Notes: generated by a model not told the origin, from the sequence alone. 33,184 bases of DNA from Chiloscyllium plagiosum (GCF_004010195.1 NC_057718.1:102434120-102467303); one strand, 5' to 3'; shown: positions 10,965 through 22,178, counted from the stretch's first letter. A program made the numbers and translations.

Positions 10965-12169
10965 AGGCGAAAGTGGGTACTGCAGAAGCTGGAAACCAGA
11001 GTCTAGATCAGAGTGGTGCTGGAAAAGTACAGCAGGTCAGGCAGCATCCGAAGAGCAGGATAATCGACATTTCGGGCAAAAGCCCTTCACCAGGAATAAT
11101 GGCAGGGAGCCTCCGGGGTGGAGAGAGAAATGGGGGGGCTGGGGATGAAGGTAGCAAAGAGCACAATAGATGGATGGAGGTGGGAATATAGGTGATAGGT
11201 TCGAGAGGAGGGTGGAGTGGATAGGTGGGAAGGGAGATAGACAGGTAGGACAGGTCATGGGGACGGTGCTGAGCTGGAAGGTTGGAACTGAGGTAAGGTG
11301 GGGGGAGGGGAAATGAGGAAACTGGTGAAGTCCACATTGATGCCCTGGGGTTGAAGTGTTCCGAGGCGGAAGATGAGGCATTCTTCCTCCAGGCCTCGGG
11401 TGGTGAGGGAACGGCGGTGAAGGAGGTCCATGACCTCCATGTCCTCGGCAGAGTGGGAGGGGGAGTTGAAATGTTGGGCCACGGGGCGGTGTGGTTGATT
11501 GGTGCAGGTGTCCCAGAGATGTTCCCTAAAGCGCTCTGCTAGGAGGTGTCCAATCTCCCCAATGTAGAGGAAACTGCATCGGGAGCAACGGATACAATAA
11601 ATGATATTGGTGGATGTGCAGGTAAAACTTTGATGGATGTGGAAGGCTCCTTTGGGGCCTTGGATGGAGGTGAGGGAGGAGGTGTGGGCGCAGGTTTTGC
11701 AATTCCTGTGGTGGCAGGGGAAGGTGCTAGGACGGGAGGGTGGGTTGTTGGGTGGCATGGACCTAACCAGGTAGTCACCGAGGGAATGGTCTTTGCGGAA
11801 AGTGAAAAGACGTGGTGAGGGAAATATATCACTGGTGGTGGGGTCCGTTTGGAGGTGGCGGAAATGTTGGCAGATGATTTGGTTTATGCGGAGTTTGGTA
11901 GGGTGGAAGGTGAGCACCAGGGGGGTTCTGTCCTTCTTACAGCTGGAGGGGTGGGTTTGAGAGCAGAGGTGCGGGACGTGGGTGAGATGCATTGAAGGGC
12001 ATCTTCAATCATGTGGGAAGGGAAATAATGGTCTTTAAAGAAGGAGGCCATCTGGTGTGTTCTGTGGTGGAATTGATCCTCCTGGGAGCAGATACAGTAG
12101 AAGCGGAGGAATTGGGAATATGCCTCTGCCGTATCTGCTCCCAGGAGGACCAGTTCCACCACAGAACAC
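10965..12169 (-). mobile_element. 5'-truncated Penelope-like retroelement (GIY-YIG endonuclease) with inverted 5' end
   Basis: ORF 11255-11992 has C..CKTC, FTCTSTNIIYCIRCSRCSFLYIGE...AERFREH and LGTLQPQGIN, typical of the Penelope GIY-YIG domain; upstream YSQFLRFYCICS is the RT thumb; a mutated hammerhead lies at ~11062-11095. Confidence 0.93.
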
Positions 12170-12334
12170 TACCACTGTCGACAGAGCCTGGACCTTGTCA
12201 TTAAGTCCTTGAGAACAGAGGTCAAACCCACAGCTTTTTAATACAGGATTTCAAAAGTGGGATCTCAAAACCACTGGACACCTCAGCTGGGGATGTAGTT
12301 GAAGTTTTACAGTGTTGATGTCTCATTGAACCAT

Positions 12335-13090
12335 ACAGGATTCTCAAGGGATTTGACAGGGCAAATACTGAGAGAATGTTTACCCTCATGGGAGAGTCTA
12401 GGCATTTATTTTTCCATCTTCTCTCTATTCTGGGCACCACTTTTATGCTGGTCCATAGCTTCCCTTGAACTCAGTGGCTTGCTAGGCTACTTCAGAGGGC
12501 AGTTGAGAGTCAACCACATTGCTGTGGGTCTGGAGTCACATGTACACCAGATCAAATGGAGGTGGCAGTCTTCCTTCCCTGACAGACATTATTGAATCAC
12601 GTGGGTTTTTCCGACAATCAACAATGGTTTCTTGGCCATCGGTAAATTCTTAATTCCAGATTTTTTTTTTAAATTTTAAATTGAACTCAAATTTAACCAC
12701 CTGCCATGGCAGCATTTGAACCCAGTGCCCCAGAAAATTAACTGAGTTTGTGGATTAATAGACTAGCAATGATACCACTAGGCCATCACCTCTGCTCTGA
12801 AGAGGCATAATCTCAGAATGAAGGGACACTAATTTAAGGCTGAGCTGAGGAGGAATTTCTTCTCTCAGAGGACTGGGAGTCTTTGGAACTCCTTGCCCCA
12901 GAGAACTGTGGGGGCAGAGTCCTTGTGTATAATTAAGGCTGAGATAAACAGATTCTGGATCAGCCAGGGAGTCAAGGGAAAGGGCAGGAAGAGTGAATGT
13001 GAGGAATGTTGGATCAGATGTGATCCTGTTGAATTGTGGAGCAGGTTTGAGGGGATGAATGGCCTCTGCCTGTTCCTATTTCTTTTGGTC
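12335..13090 (+). mobile_element. CR1 3' fragment interrupted by an antisense tRNA SINE
   Basis: caggattctcaagggatttgacaggg...gggagagtctagg (to ~12402) resumes at ~12800 with gaggcataatctcagaatgaaggg...ctgagctgaggaggaatttcttc. Confidence 0.75.
12400..12790 (-). mobile_element. tRNA-derived SINE (same family as 5428-5812)
   Basis: Reverse complement of head (tggcctagtggtatcattgctag...gggttcaaat) and body (cccacagcaatgtggttgactc). Confidence 0.78.
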
Positions 13091-13789
13091 TTAAACGGAT
13101 GTAGGAATTTATGATGCAACAAGCTCAAATGAAGTACATGGTCATAGTTTTTTTTTTAACATCGAATCATACAGGATGGAAACAGACCCTTTGGTGCAAG
13201 GGGCTTTGAGATGCCATAGTAATCTTATGGAATCGTGAAGCAGGCTGGAGGGTCTGAATGGTCTACCCATCTCCTAATTTGTATGGTAATATGTCCCTGG
13301 CATGGATACAGAAACTCTGGATTGGAGTCCCATTTCCAGGACTTGATGACCAAGGAAGGTGCATTCATAATAAGGTTAAACGGTCAAGTCAAAAATCTTT
13401 CCAACACATGTCAATGGTGGGTGGTAAGATTAGGAGAGATTCCTAGTCAGCCAAATTATGGAAATAAATTGGAGCCTCTACCAAAACTGTCCATAGTTCC
13501 AGACTACAACCTGCATGTGAAAGGTCCCATAACAACCTGAAGTCTGTGGGTAAACTGTGACATAGACTACCACAAGAGGTTTGGGCGAACAATAGTGGAG
13601 AAGCTATTCCCTGTGACTTGAGTCATAGTTTTAAAACAATTGGCCAAGGAACTATAAGGGAAATAGAAAGCAACTGTTGAAGCAGGGGTAAGGTCAGACT
13701 TCGCTGTAGCTGTCAACTGGCTATTGGAGATGCATTTGAAGAGATAAAGTTTACCCATTTATAGGGTAATTGTTTGGGAGTGAGATAAG

Positions 13790-14232
13790 TTGGATAGTCT
13801 TTTGAGGAGTTATGAAGACAGATTGGAGAAGTTAGGATTGTTTTCCCTGGAGAAGAGAAGGCAAGAGGAGATTTGAGCAAGGGGTTCAAAATCATGAGGG
13901 GTCTGGACAGAGCAGATAGGGAGAAACTGCTTCCACTCGTGAAAGGATCAAGAATGAGAGAGCACACATTTAAAGTATCTGATTAAAGAGAGCAGAAGTG
14001 AGATGAGGAAAGGCTTTTCATGCAGTGATTGGCTAGAATCTGGAATGCCATGTCTGAGTCTGTGGTGGAGGCAGATTCAGTTGGAGCAAATGGGATTACA
14101 CTGAAAAGGAAGAATATGCAGGTTTATGGGGAGATGACTGGAGAATGACAGTTAGGGGATTGAACATTTAGAAAGCCAACTCAGAGATGATGGGCCAAAT
14201 GGCCTCTATCTACACTGTAAGCATTCTGTGAT
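13790..14232 (+). mobile_element. CR1-type LINE 3' fragment
   Basis: agttatgaagacagattggagaagttaggattgttttccctgg...atctggaatgcc...gggccaaatggcctc. Confidence 0.8.
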
Positions 14233-14383
14233 AGTGGGTTCATAGCAGATCTCCACATTGCAGAGGATTCAGGAGGCACTGTGCTTCCCTCCTCTATTTA
14301 AAGGATGAATTTTGAAACAATTTCCTATTAGTAACAGCCTCTAGAGGTATCTCAAGGACAGGGATCCAGGCTCATAGTAATTG

Positions 14384-14828
14384 AAGGGCTTGAGCAAAAG
14401 GGAGAGGCTGATAGACTGGGGCTATTTTCCCTGGAGTGTCAGAGGCTGAGGGGTGATCTTATCTAAGTTTATAAAATCATGAAGGGCATGGACAGAGTGA
14501 ATAACCAAAGGCTTTTCCACTGGGTAGGGGAGTCCAAAACTAAAGAGCATAGGTTTAAGGTGAGAGGGCAAAGATTAAAAGGGACATAAGGAGCAACTTT
14601 TTCACGCAGCGAGTGGTGTGTGTATGGAATGAGCTGCCAGAGGAAGTGGTGGAGGCTGGTACAATTACAGCATTTAAAAGGTAGCTGGATGGAACATGAA
14701 AAGGAAGGGCTTAGAGGGACATGGACTAAATGCTGGCAAGTGGGATTAACTTAATTTAGGATATCAGGTTGGCATTGCTGAGTTGGATTGAAGGGTGTGT
14801 TTCCGTGCTGTACATCTCTGTGACTCTA
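14384..14828 (+). mobile_element. CR1-type LINE 3' fragment
   Basis: Close match to 18275-18730 and 1069-1428; ends ctctgtgactcta. Confidence 0.9.
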
Positions 14829-15594
14829 AGCAAATGATTTCCGGGACAGATTGGAAAATAGATACAAGACCTTCTCTTAGAAAGTTGTCTCTTTTGGACA
14901 GTTCAATCAATATAACAGTTCTAATTTTGTCTGCGTATACCAATTGCCCCCATAAACTGGAATCCCAACCACTTTTTATCTTATCTGGGAAGCAAAGAAT
15001 AACTTTCATCTCTAACAAGCTCCTCCATGGATCCCTACAGCACAGCAATAACCACATCCTCATAATTTCAGGAACATTTACTTACTCCTGAGCTTTGCTA
15101 TCATGATCCTAAGTATCCTGTATTTTTGCATTAGTCTCATACATACCTATTATCTTACTTTTTGCAATGAGTTTCTCACATAGAGCCTATTCATTAGCAA
15201 TTAAAACCCATAAGTACAACTTTTATCACATTATCTTTCTCCATACTGTAATATTCTTGGTCTCATTTGTTGCTAAAGGACAGTTACAGAGCTTGCTGAG
15301 GTAAGAAAAATATTAATTTATCTTACTGTGACTTCATCTTGACACAAGGCTGTAAGAGAGAAAGCAAGGTCATGCGACATTGTACATGTACATTAAGAAT
15401 CATAGTTACACGTAACATGCGCTCATTGATTTTCCAAAATCTTCACTTAGGAGTAAGAAAGTAAAGTCTAACAAATCCATGTTGACTGCATGAATAAATC
15501 CACACCTTCCTCAATATTTCCATTTTCACCACAACAGGCAGGAACTGACTCCAGTTTCATCTGTTCGTCATTGCCTGATCAAACACAAGTTGAT

Positions 15595-15850
15595 CCATGG
15601 GCCAGCATTTATTGACCATCCCTAATTTCTCTTGAGTAGGTGCTAGTGGTGAGCTGCCTACTTGGACTGCTGTCGTCCATGTGGTGTAGATTCACCCACA
15701 ATGCTACTGGAGAGGGAGTTCCAGAGTTTGACTGACTGACCATGGAGGAACAGTGATATATTTCCGAGCCAGGATGGGGAGTGACTTGAAGGGGAACTTA
15801 AAGGTGGTGGTGTTCCCATGTATCTGTTGTTCTGGGTAGTCTCTCACATC
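15595..15850 (-). mobile_element. CR1/L2-group LINE 3' tail
   Basis: ggccagcatttattgaccatccctaatt...gagggagttccag...gtgttcccatgtatctg; same tail as 23460-23690 and the reverse of 26340-26885. Confidence 0.75.
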
Positions 15851-16008
15851 TGAGTTGAAAACTTGCATGTCTAAGTTCCAGTCCAAGCAAGGGAACCTGA
15901 CAGATCCCAGGCTGACCCTGCAGGTCAGTACAGGTTGTTCTGCTATAACACACATTTCGTTAACACGAATTCACTATAACCATGATTGTCGAATTGGGAA
16001 CACTGTTT

Positions 16009-16758
16009 GAGGAGAAAGTGAGGTCTGCAGATGCTGGAGATCAGAGCTGGAAATGTGTTGCTGGAAAAGCGCAGCAGGTCAGGCAGCATCCAGGGAACAG
16101 GAGAATCGACGTTTCGGGCATAAGCCCTTTTTCAGGAATGAGGAAAGTTTGTCCAGCAGGCTAAGATAAAAGGTAGGGAGGAGGGACTTGGGGGAGGGGC
16201 GTCGGAAATGTGATAGGTGGAAAGAGGTCAAGGTGAGGGTGATAGGTCAGACGGGGGTGGGGGCGGAGAGGTCGGGAAGAAGATCTCAGNNNNNNNNNNN
16301 NNNNNNNNNNNNNNNNNNNNNNNNNNNNNNNNNNNNNNNNNNNNNGGGTGTCCCAGAGGTGTTCTCTGACACGCTCCGCAAGTAGGCGGCCTGTCTCCCC
16401 AATATAGCGGAGGCCACATCGGGTGCAGAGGATGCAATAGATGATGTGTGTGGAGGTGCAGGTGAATCTGTGGCGGATATGGAAGTTTCCTTTGGGGCCT
16501 TGGGGGGAGGTGAGGGGGGAGGTGTGGGCGCGAGTCTTGCACCTCCTGCGGTTGCAGGGGAGGGTGCCGGGAGTGGAGGTTGGGTTGGTGGGGGGTGTGG
16601 ATGTGACGAGGGAGTCACGGAGGGAGTGGTCTTTACGGAATGCTGATAGGGGAGGGGAGGGAAATATATCCTTGGTGGTGGGGTCCGTTTGGAGGTAGCG
16701 GAAATGACGGCGGATGACCTTGGTGGTGGGGTCCGTTTGGAGGTAGCGGAAATGACGG
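16009..16758 (-). mobile_element. 5'-truncated Penelope-like element (GIY-YIG fragment), spans an N gap
   Basis: Homologous to 10965-11880; terminus ggagaaagtgaggtctgcagatgctgg and degenerate hammerhead at ~16105-16137; flanked by ctgttt at 16003-16008 and 16759-16764. Confidence 0.9.
16290..16345. other. Assembly gap (56 N)
   Basis: Run of N. Confidence 1.
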
Positions 16759-18129
16759 CTGTTTCTAAAGCATGTCTTGGTTATAACGTGATTCCGGCCC
16801 TATTAGGTTAAATGGTGCTGCTATTACACGATTTTCTTATAACCCGGGATTGCACGAGAACGGGACTATTGCATTATAATGGAACCGACTGTACTGGACG
16901 AGAGCTGTGTACTTGGAGGTGTTAACTCTTGGGCGTTCTCTACAGTCACTTGACCAATTATTTATCCTTCGCTCAACATCATGAAACAGGTTATCCTATC
17001 AGATTGCAGTTTGTGGGAGCTTCCTGTGGGTAAAGTTACTGCCACATTTCTTTAGAACTGTTGCTGCACTCAAAAACCTACTTCATTGGCTGTCAATGAA
17101 ATGATCTGAGGTTGTGAAGAACAGTGCAGAAACGCGAGTCTTTATTTTTAGTTGTCTTTGCAGGCGGAGATTAAAATGTTCATTTTCATGTCTGGGACTC
17201 GCTGTAACTTTCTGAATCACAAGCATTTGCTCAAATCTCCCCTCAGTTGCCCTAATTTATTGCTTTTTTTATTGCCAGTACATATTACAACGGAGAACCT
17301 TACTGTATAGATTGATTTGTATATCCCTCCTCTTTAGTGGATTTCTGCCATTTTCTTATTTAGAACAACTTTTCGATTCAATGTGGCTGTTTCTCATCAC
17401 TGTTCACTTTATTTGCACGAAAGGAATTACTCATTCCCTGCCATTGTCACACAAAAAGTCACCCGGTTCTTTGTGACAAATTTCATCTGTCCAATGGCAG
17501 GCTTTGAATGCCACAGTAAGAGTGGTCCTTGCTAAACAGGATCAGGACAGGCTGTGTTCCCTGGGCAGCCAAATGCCACTAGTGGGGCTTCAATACAAAC
17601 CCCATGTGCATGTGGAAGAGGCAGAAAGCTGCACTTTGCTGAGGGTGTACCTTCTGCAGATGAAATGGTGCCCTCATCACCTTAAGCTCAGCGAAAGAGG
17701 AAGCAATTGCTTGGCTTTGGGGAATTTGCATTCACTAAACAAATAAAATAAAATGTCAGACATAGTTTAGGTAAAACAGACCTTGCAGGCACTCGCCTGT
17801 CTTTAATTGCCTGTCAGAACCTGTTTCTCAAAATCTGTGTTCTTCAAAGTACTGAATTAGAGTTAGATTTTATTGTCACATGTACTCAAGTACAGGGTTA
17901 CATGAGTACAGTGAAAAGTCTTACAGAGTCACCTTTCCCAGAGCCATCTTAGGTACAAAGGTCACTAGGTACAAAATCTAAGGTACAAAGTGGGGAAAAA
18001 GATAGAAGTTCAACATTACAGTTCTTCTTGGTATAAAGTAGGAAAATAAAGAAACAAAATTAAAACTTCAGCACTACTGCCTTTCTTTAGCCATGGGTAT
18101 TCAGACACTCAACGCTGGGTTTTCCCCAC

Positions 18130-18730
18130 AAGGAAGTTGGGAGGTCATGTTACAGCTGTACAAAATGTTGGTGAGGCCGCTATTGGAATATTGTACGCAA
18201 TTTTGGTCTCCCTGCCATAGGAAGGATTTTGTGAAACTGAAAGGATTCAGAAAAGATTTACAAGGATGTTGCCAGAGTTGAAGGGTTTGAGCTGCAGGGA
18301 GAGGCTGAATAGACTGGGGCTATTTTCCCTGGAGCATCGGAAACTGAGGGGTGACCCTAAAGAGGTTTATAAAATCATGAGGGCCATGGATAGGGTAAAT
18401 AGACAAGGTCTTTTTCCTGGGGTGGGGGAATCCAAAACTCAAGGGCATAGGTTTAAGGTGAGAGGGGAAAGATTTAAAAGGGGCCTAAAGGGGCAAATTT
18501 TTCACGCAGAGGGTGTGCATGTATGGAATGAGATGCCAGAGGAAGTGGTGGAGGCTGGTACAATAACAACATTTAAAAGGCATATGGATGGATACATGAA
18601 TTGGAAGGTTTTAAAGGGATATGGGCCAAATGCTGGCAAATGGGATGAGATGAATTTAGGATATCTGGTCAGCATGGATGATTTGGACCGAAGGGTTTAT
18701 TTCCATGCTGTACAGCTCTATGACTCTATG
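18130..18730 (+). mobile_element. CR1-type LINE 3' fragment
   Basis: LYKMLVRPLLEYCTQFWSP and RERLNRLGLFSLEHRKLRGD...WNEMPEEVVEA; tail ctctatgactctatga. Confidence 0.93.
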
Positions 18731-19543
18731 AAGGGCTAGCACTCCCCACAAGGGCTCGTGCTCTCCCCCAGACAGAGATTGATCTCCTATGGGCTGCCAT
18801 CTTGCCGCTGACTGCGCTGGCCCTCAATGATGCCGCAGTGCCGCTGATCGCTGGAGCTCTGCTCGGCTACCAGACGCCTCATCCGCAAGTGCCAAAGTTC
18901 CACTCCAGACCCCAGGTGCTGCCCCACTCCGGACCCCAATGCCATTGCCTCCACGACTGAGCTCTCTCCAGTAGGTAAGTAAAAAAACCGAGAGAACTAA
19001 AAAAAGAAAATATGAGAAAAAAAGAAAAAAGAAGAAAAGCTGGCAGAGTGGACGTGCCCCGGGTTCAGAGCCCAGATGCTGTCTATGCCACTCCACTATT
19101 CAAAACCTATAATTTTTGCCAAGATTCTACTCACAGAATGGTCCTAATGTGTCCTTATCAAGTTCATGCTAAAGTTTGGTTGATAATCACTCTTGACAGG
19201 TGCTGGGAGCCATACCTTAACGGTGCTACATCAATGTGAACCATTGTTGTCGTTTCATCACACTCCTGAAAAAAGAGTTGATAATATTTTCACCATAGCT
19301 CATTTCAGTCTGCTGTTATACATTTCCTTGGTGATATGAACTTAGATAAATTAAGAGCAATGCCCACCTCCTTTCTACAGTTTGCATTTCGTTCAATGTC
19401 TGCACAATCATTTTATGATATTATCCTCCATTATGCACCATCCATGCAGATTCTTGCATTTAGAAATGCTGTGATATTACAATTGCAAAGGGAGTTTAGA
19501 AGAATGTACCAAAGGATTTTGCCCAAGCTTTGATGATAGTTTG

Positions 19544-19724
19544 GAGAAAGTGAGGACTGCAGGTGTTAGAGATCACAATCAAGAGTGTGGTGCTGGAAAA
19601 GCACAGCAGGTCAGGCAGCATCCGAGAAGCAGGAGCATCGATATTTCCGACATGAAGGAATGAAGGGCTTATGCCCAAAACGTCGATTCTCCTGCTCCGC
19701 AGATGCTGCCTGACCTGCTGTGCT
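19544..19724. mobile_element. Fold-back Penelope-terminus element with ~15-bp TSD
   Basis: aaaagcacagcaggtcaggcagcatc ... gatgctgcctgacctgctgtgctttt inverted arms; flanks tttgatgatagtttg (19529-19543) and tttgattatagtttg (19725-19739); broken hammerhead atgaagggcttatgcccaaaacgtc. Confidence 0.82.
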
Positions 19725-19957
19725 TTTGATTATAGTTTGTAAAGAGGAATCTTACGTGCAATTGAATCTACTTTAGATTAAGTGACAATTGGAGGTGGGT
19801 GCACATTTGTCATAAACAAGTTTTATTGAATGCCCTAATCACATACAAATCACTGCTGCCACTGAAAGGTGCAGTCGAGGATTATTTTTTGTGACTACAC
19901 GGAATTGAGCAAAGACAGTGTTGTAAAAAGGTTGTTCGTATTTGAAAGCAGAGAACT

Positions 19958-20120
19958 TGTGGCTGCTGGCAATCTGAAACAAAGTAAAACAGAAATTGCT
20001 GGAAGAATTTAGCATGTCACTCAGACTGAAGAAAGGTCAATCTACTTGAAATGTTAACTCTGTTTTGTCTCCACAGGTGATGGTGGATCTGTTGAGTTTC
20101 TCCAGCAAAATTAGCTTTCA
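19958..20120. mobile_element. Older fold-back Penelope-terminus element (second family)
   Basis: ttgctggaagaatttagc ... gttgagtttctccagcaa inverted arms with ctgaagaa...gaaatgtt in the centre. Confidence 0.6.
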
Positions 20121-20448
20121 TATTGTTGTCGTTTATAAAGAGAAATGTGTAGACATCCCATCTTGTGAGTGAATTTCAGTGACTGGATTAAAATCGAAGC
20201 CTTTCAAAATGCATTGGGTAAACCTTTAGGAAATTTCTTCCCTTGTAAATGTCTCCTGTAGAATAATGTGAAGGACTCATTCTGCAACAATAATAGCTTA
20301 AGTTTACAAATTGCTGATACCCTGAATGTTGGAAATTTGAAGGGGAACAAATGCTGAGAGTCACTAGAGAAGCCAGACTGTGGGGGGAGAGAGAGACAGA
20401 GAGAGAAATATACATTTTCTTAAATGTATAGTTTGTTCTCAATCATGA

Positions 20449-20642
20449 TGTGGAGATGCCAGTGTTGAACTGGTGTGAACAAAGTCAGAAGTCACATGAC
20501 ATCAGATTATTGTCCAATTGATTTATTTGAAATCACTAGCTTTCGGAGCGCACATCTGCGAAGGAGCAGTGTTCCGAAAGCTTGTGATTTCACATAAACC
20601 TGATGGACTATAACCTGGTGTCATATGACATCTGATTTTGTT
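20449..20642. mobile_element. Fold-back Penelope-terminus element (third family)
   Basis: acaaagtcagaagtcacatgacatcag...tttatttgaaatcactagctttcgga mirrored by tccgaaagcttgtgatttcacataaa...ctggtgtcatatgacatctgattttgt; related to 25181-25322. Confidence 0.72.
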
Positions 20643-20693
20643 GTCAATCAGTCTAAATGGTGCTCTTCCTCCTTGAATTGGTATTCTTGCGAG

Positions 20694-20728
20694 TTGTCCT
20701 GATGAGAGCAAGATGAAAAGCTTGACAA
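20694..20728 (+). ncRNA. Degenerate minimal hammerhead-like motif
   Basis: TTGTC-CTGATGA-gagcaagat-GAAA-AGCTT-GACAA: 5-bp stem I, both core boxes and palindromic AAGCTT, but weak stem II and no clear unpaired cleavage base. Confidence 0.45.
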
Positions 20729-21211
20729 AATGTGCCTTTTGTTCAGCAATCCTCAAGTTCTGAGCCACATTTTAAACATTTACATTATTGATCTGGGAAT
20801 ATTCATTCATAAACCTGGTGCCCTAAACTGTTATCCTGATATTGTAGGGAAAGGGGGCTTTCTATTTGAACCAGGTGGCTAAGGTTGAGGACATTACCAT
20901 GTGATGTTTAACGCTTCCCTGAGCAGAAAGGTTCATGAGGCAGGGTCCTGACAGTGTAGTGCTGACGTCTGTGTATTGCAGCAAGGGATTATGTCTGCAA
21001 TCAGTCTGGATTTAGCCTTGCCTGCTTGATGTTTGCAGCGCTGCGTGTGCATCCTGCACACATTGAGGGGGCTTGTACTGGCGCTGTCACTGTCCATGGG
21101 GTAAGAAGCCGAACGCCGTAGCTGAGGGATTTTTATTTTAAATCAGCCCATCATTTCTCCCAGCAGTAGACTGCAAGGTTTTCTCGTCTCTCTTCCCTCC
21201 ACCACCGGATC

Positions 21212-21390
21212 ATGGGGGAGATTCCCAGTTTGCTGAAAATCGGTGTCTCTTTGAGAATCCAGCCCGGTGATGGCCCGGTGTATTTCAAAGTGGACGGTCA
21301 GCGATTCGGACAGAACCGCACCATTAAGTTGCTTACAGGAGCTAAGTATAAGGTCGATATTGTACTGAAGCCGGGGATTGTAGCAGTCAA
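21212..21390 (+). CDS. CNRIP1: CB1 cannabinoid receptor-interacting protein 1, coding exon 1 (179 nt, ends phase 2)
   Basis: [48 protein letters not shown] matches recalled CRIP1a ([30 protein letters not shown]); donor GTGAGT at 21391. Confidence 0.97.
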
Positions 21391-22178
21391 GTGAGTAAAA
21401 CAGGGAGAGGCTGCTGGGTCGGTGGGGTGGGGATTGGGAGGGTGTGGTGTTTGGGTCGTGGGTTTGGATAATTTGCTCCCCCACCTCAAAAAAACCCATT
21501 GTTTGAATTTCCTAGCGCCTGTCTCTTCCCTTTGACTTAAGGTTCCCGGAGCAATCTAAATTGGGGATGGCAGTGCAGGGTTGGAGGGGGAAGGTTTCTC
21601 TGGCTGAACAGGGTTTGCCAGACACGCTAACGTTATTTAACGAGGTAACATCCTAGTGGATTGTCAGCGTTTCCTATCGAGGTCAACTTAAATCTCGCTT
21701 GATAACAGAGAGCAAATAAAACGCACCCGAGGAAGATTTATAAAAAATAAAAACAGCCTGACCCGCAGGGAGATTTGCTGCTGTTGTAATGTTTGAGAAA
21801 TGAGTAAACAGCAGAAGGTGCAAGATGGATTGTCAGAGGGAGTGGGGGAACTGGGAATCTGCTGATGGGATTTTTACAAGAAAAATAATTATTATTATCC
21901 CCTCTCTTCATGCTGCAAAAGCCAAGAGGAAACCTCTGGTTTCATTAAATATTGATCAGGTTTTGCTGTCAAAGGTGTAAATTTACAGTCTGACCTCTTG
22001 TGATATTCATGGACATTTTATAAAATTCACATATAGATGAACCCTAGGGTGGGGTGGCTGTGTTTCTTCTTTCAATGTCACCTCAAAACTTTAAACCTTG
22101 CCCCTTTCACTGATAGCTGGGGGGGGAGGGGGTTGGCTGAGGAGAAGCTCTGTTTTATCTGTTATCGTTGAATGGCAG

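Larger units (their letters stand above)
15931..16891. mobile_element. Tc1/mariner-pogo type MITE (TA TSD), interrupted by a Penelope element
   Basis: TA|caggttgttctgctataa ... ttataatggaaccgactg|TA imperfect terminal inverted repeats; removing it restores cagtactg. Confidence 0.7.
15870..17150 (+). mobile_element. Old DeuSINE/SacSINE-like element split by a MITE
   Basis: aggctgaccctgcaggtcagta|ctggacgagag joins across the MITE; the 3' part attgcagtttgtgggagcttcctgtg...tacttcattggctgt...gaggttgtgaa resembles the recalled DeuSINE tail. Confidence 0.55.

Noticed and set aside
20960..21105. CRE-like TGACGTCT (20963-20970) and REST/RE1-like GGCGCTGTC (21080-21088) upstream of CNRIP1
   Set aside because: The CRE is imperfect and the RE1 lacks its GGTGCTGA half; too weak to call.
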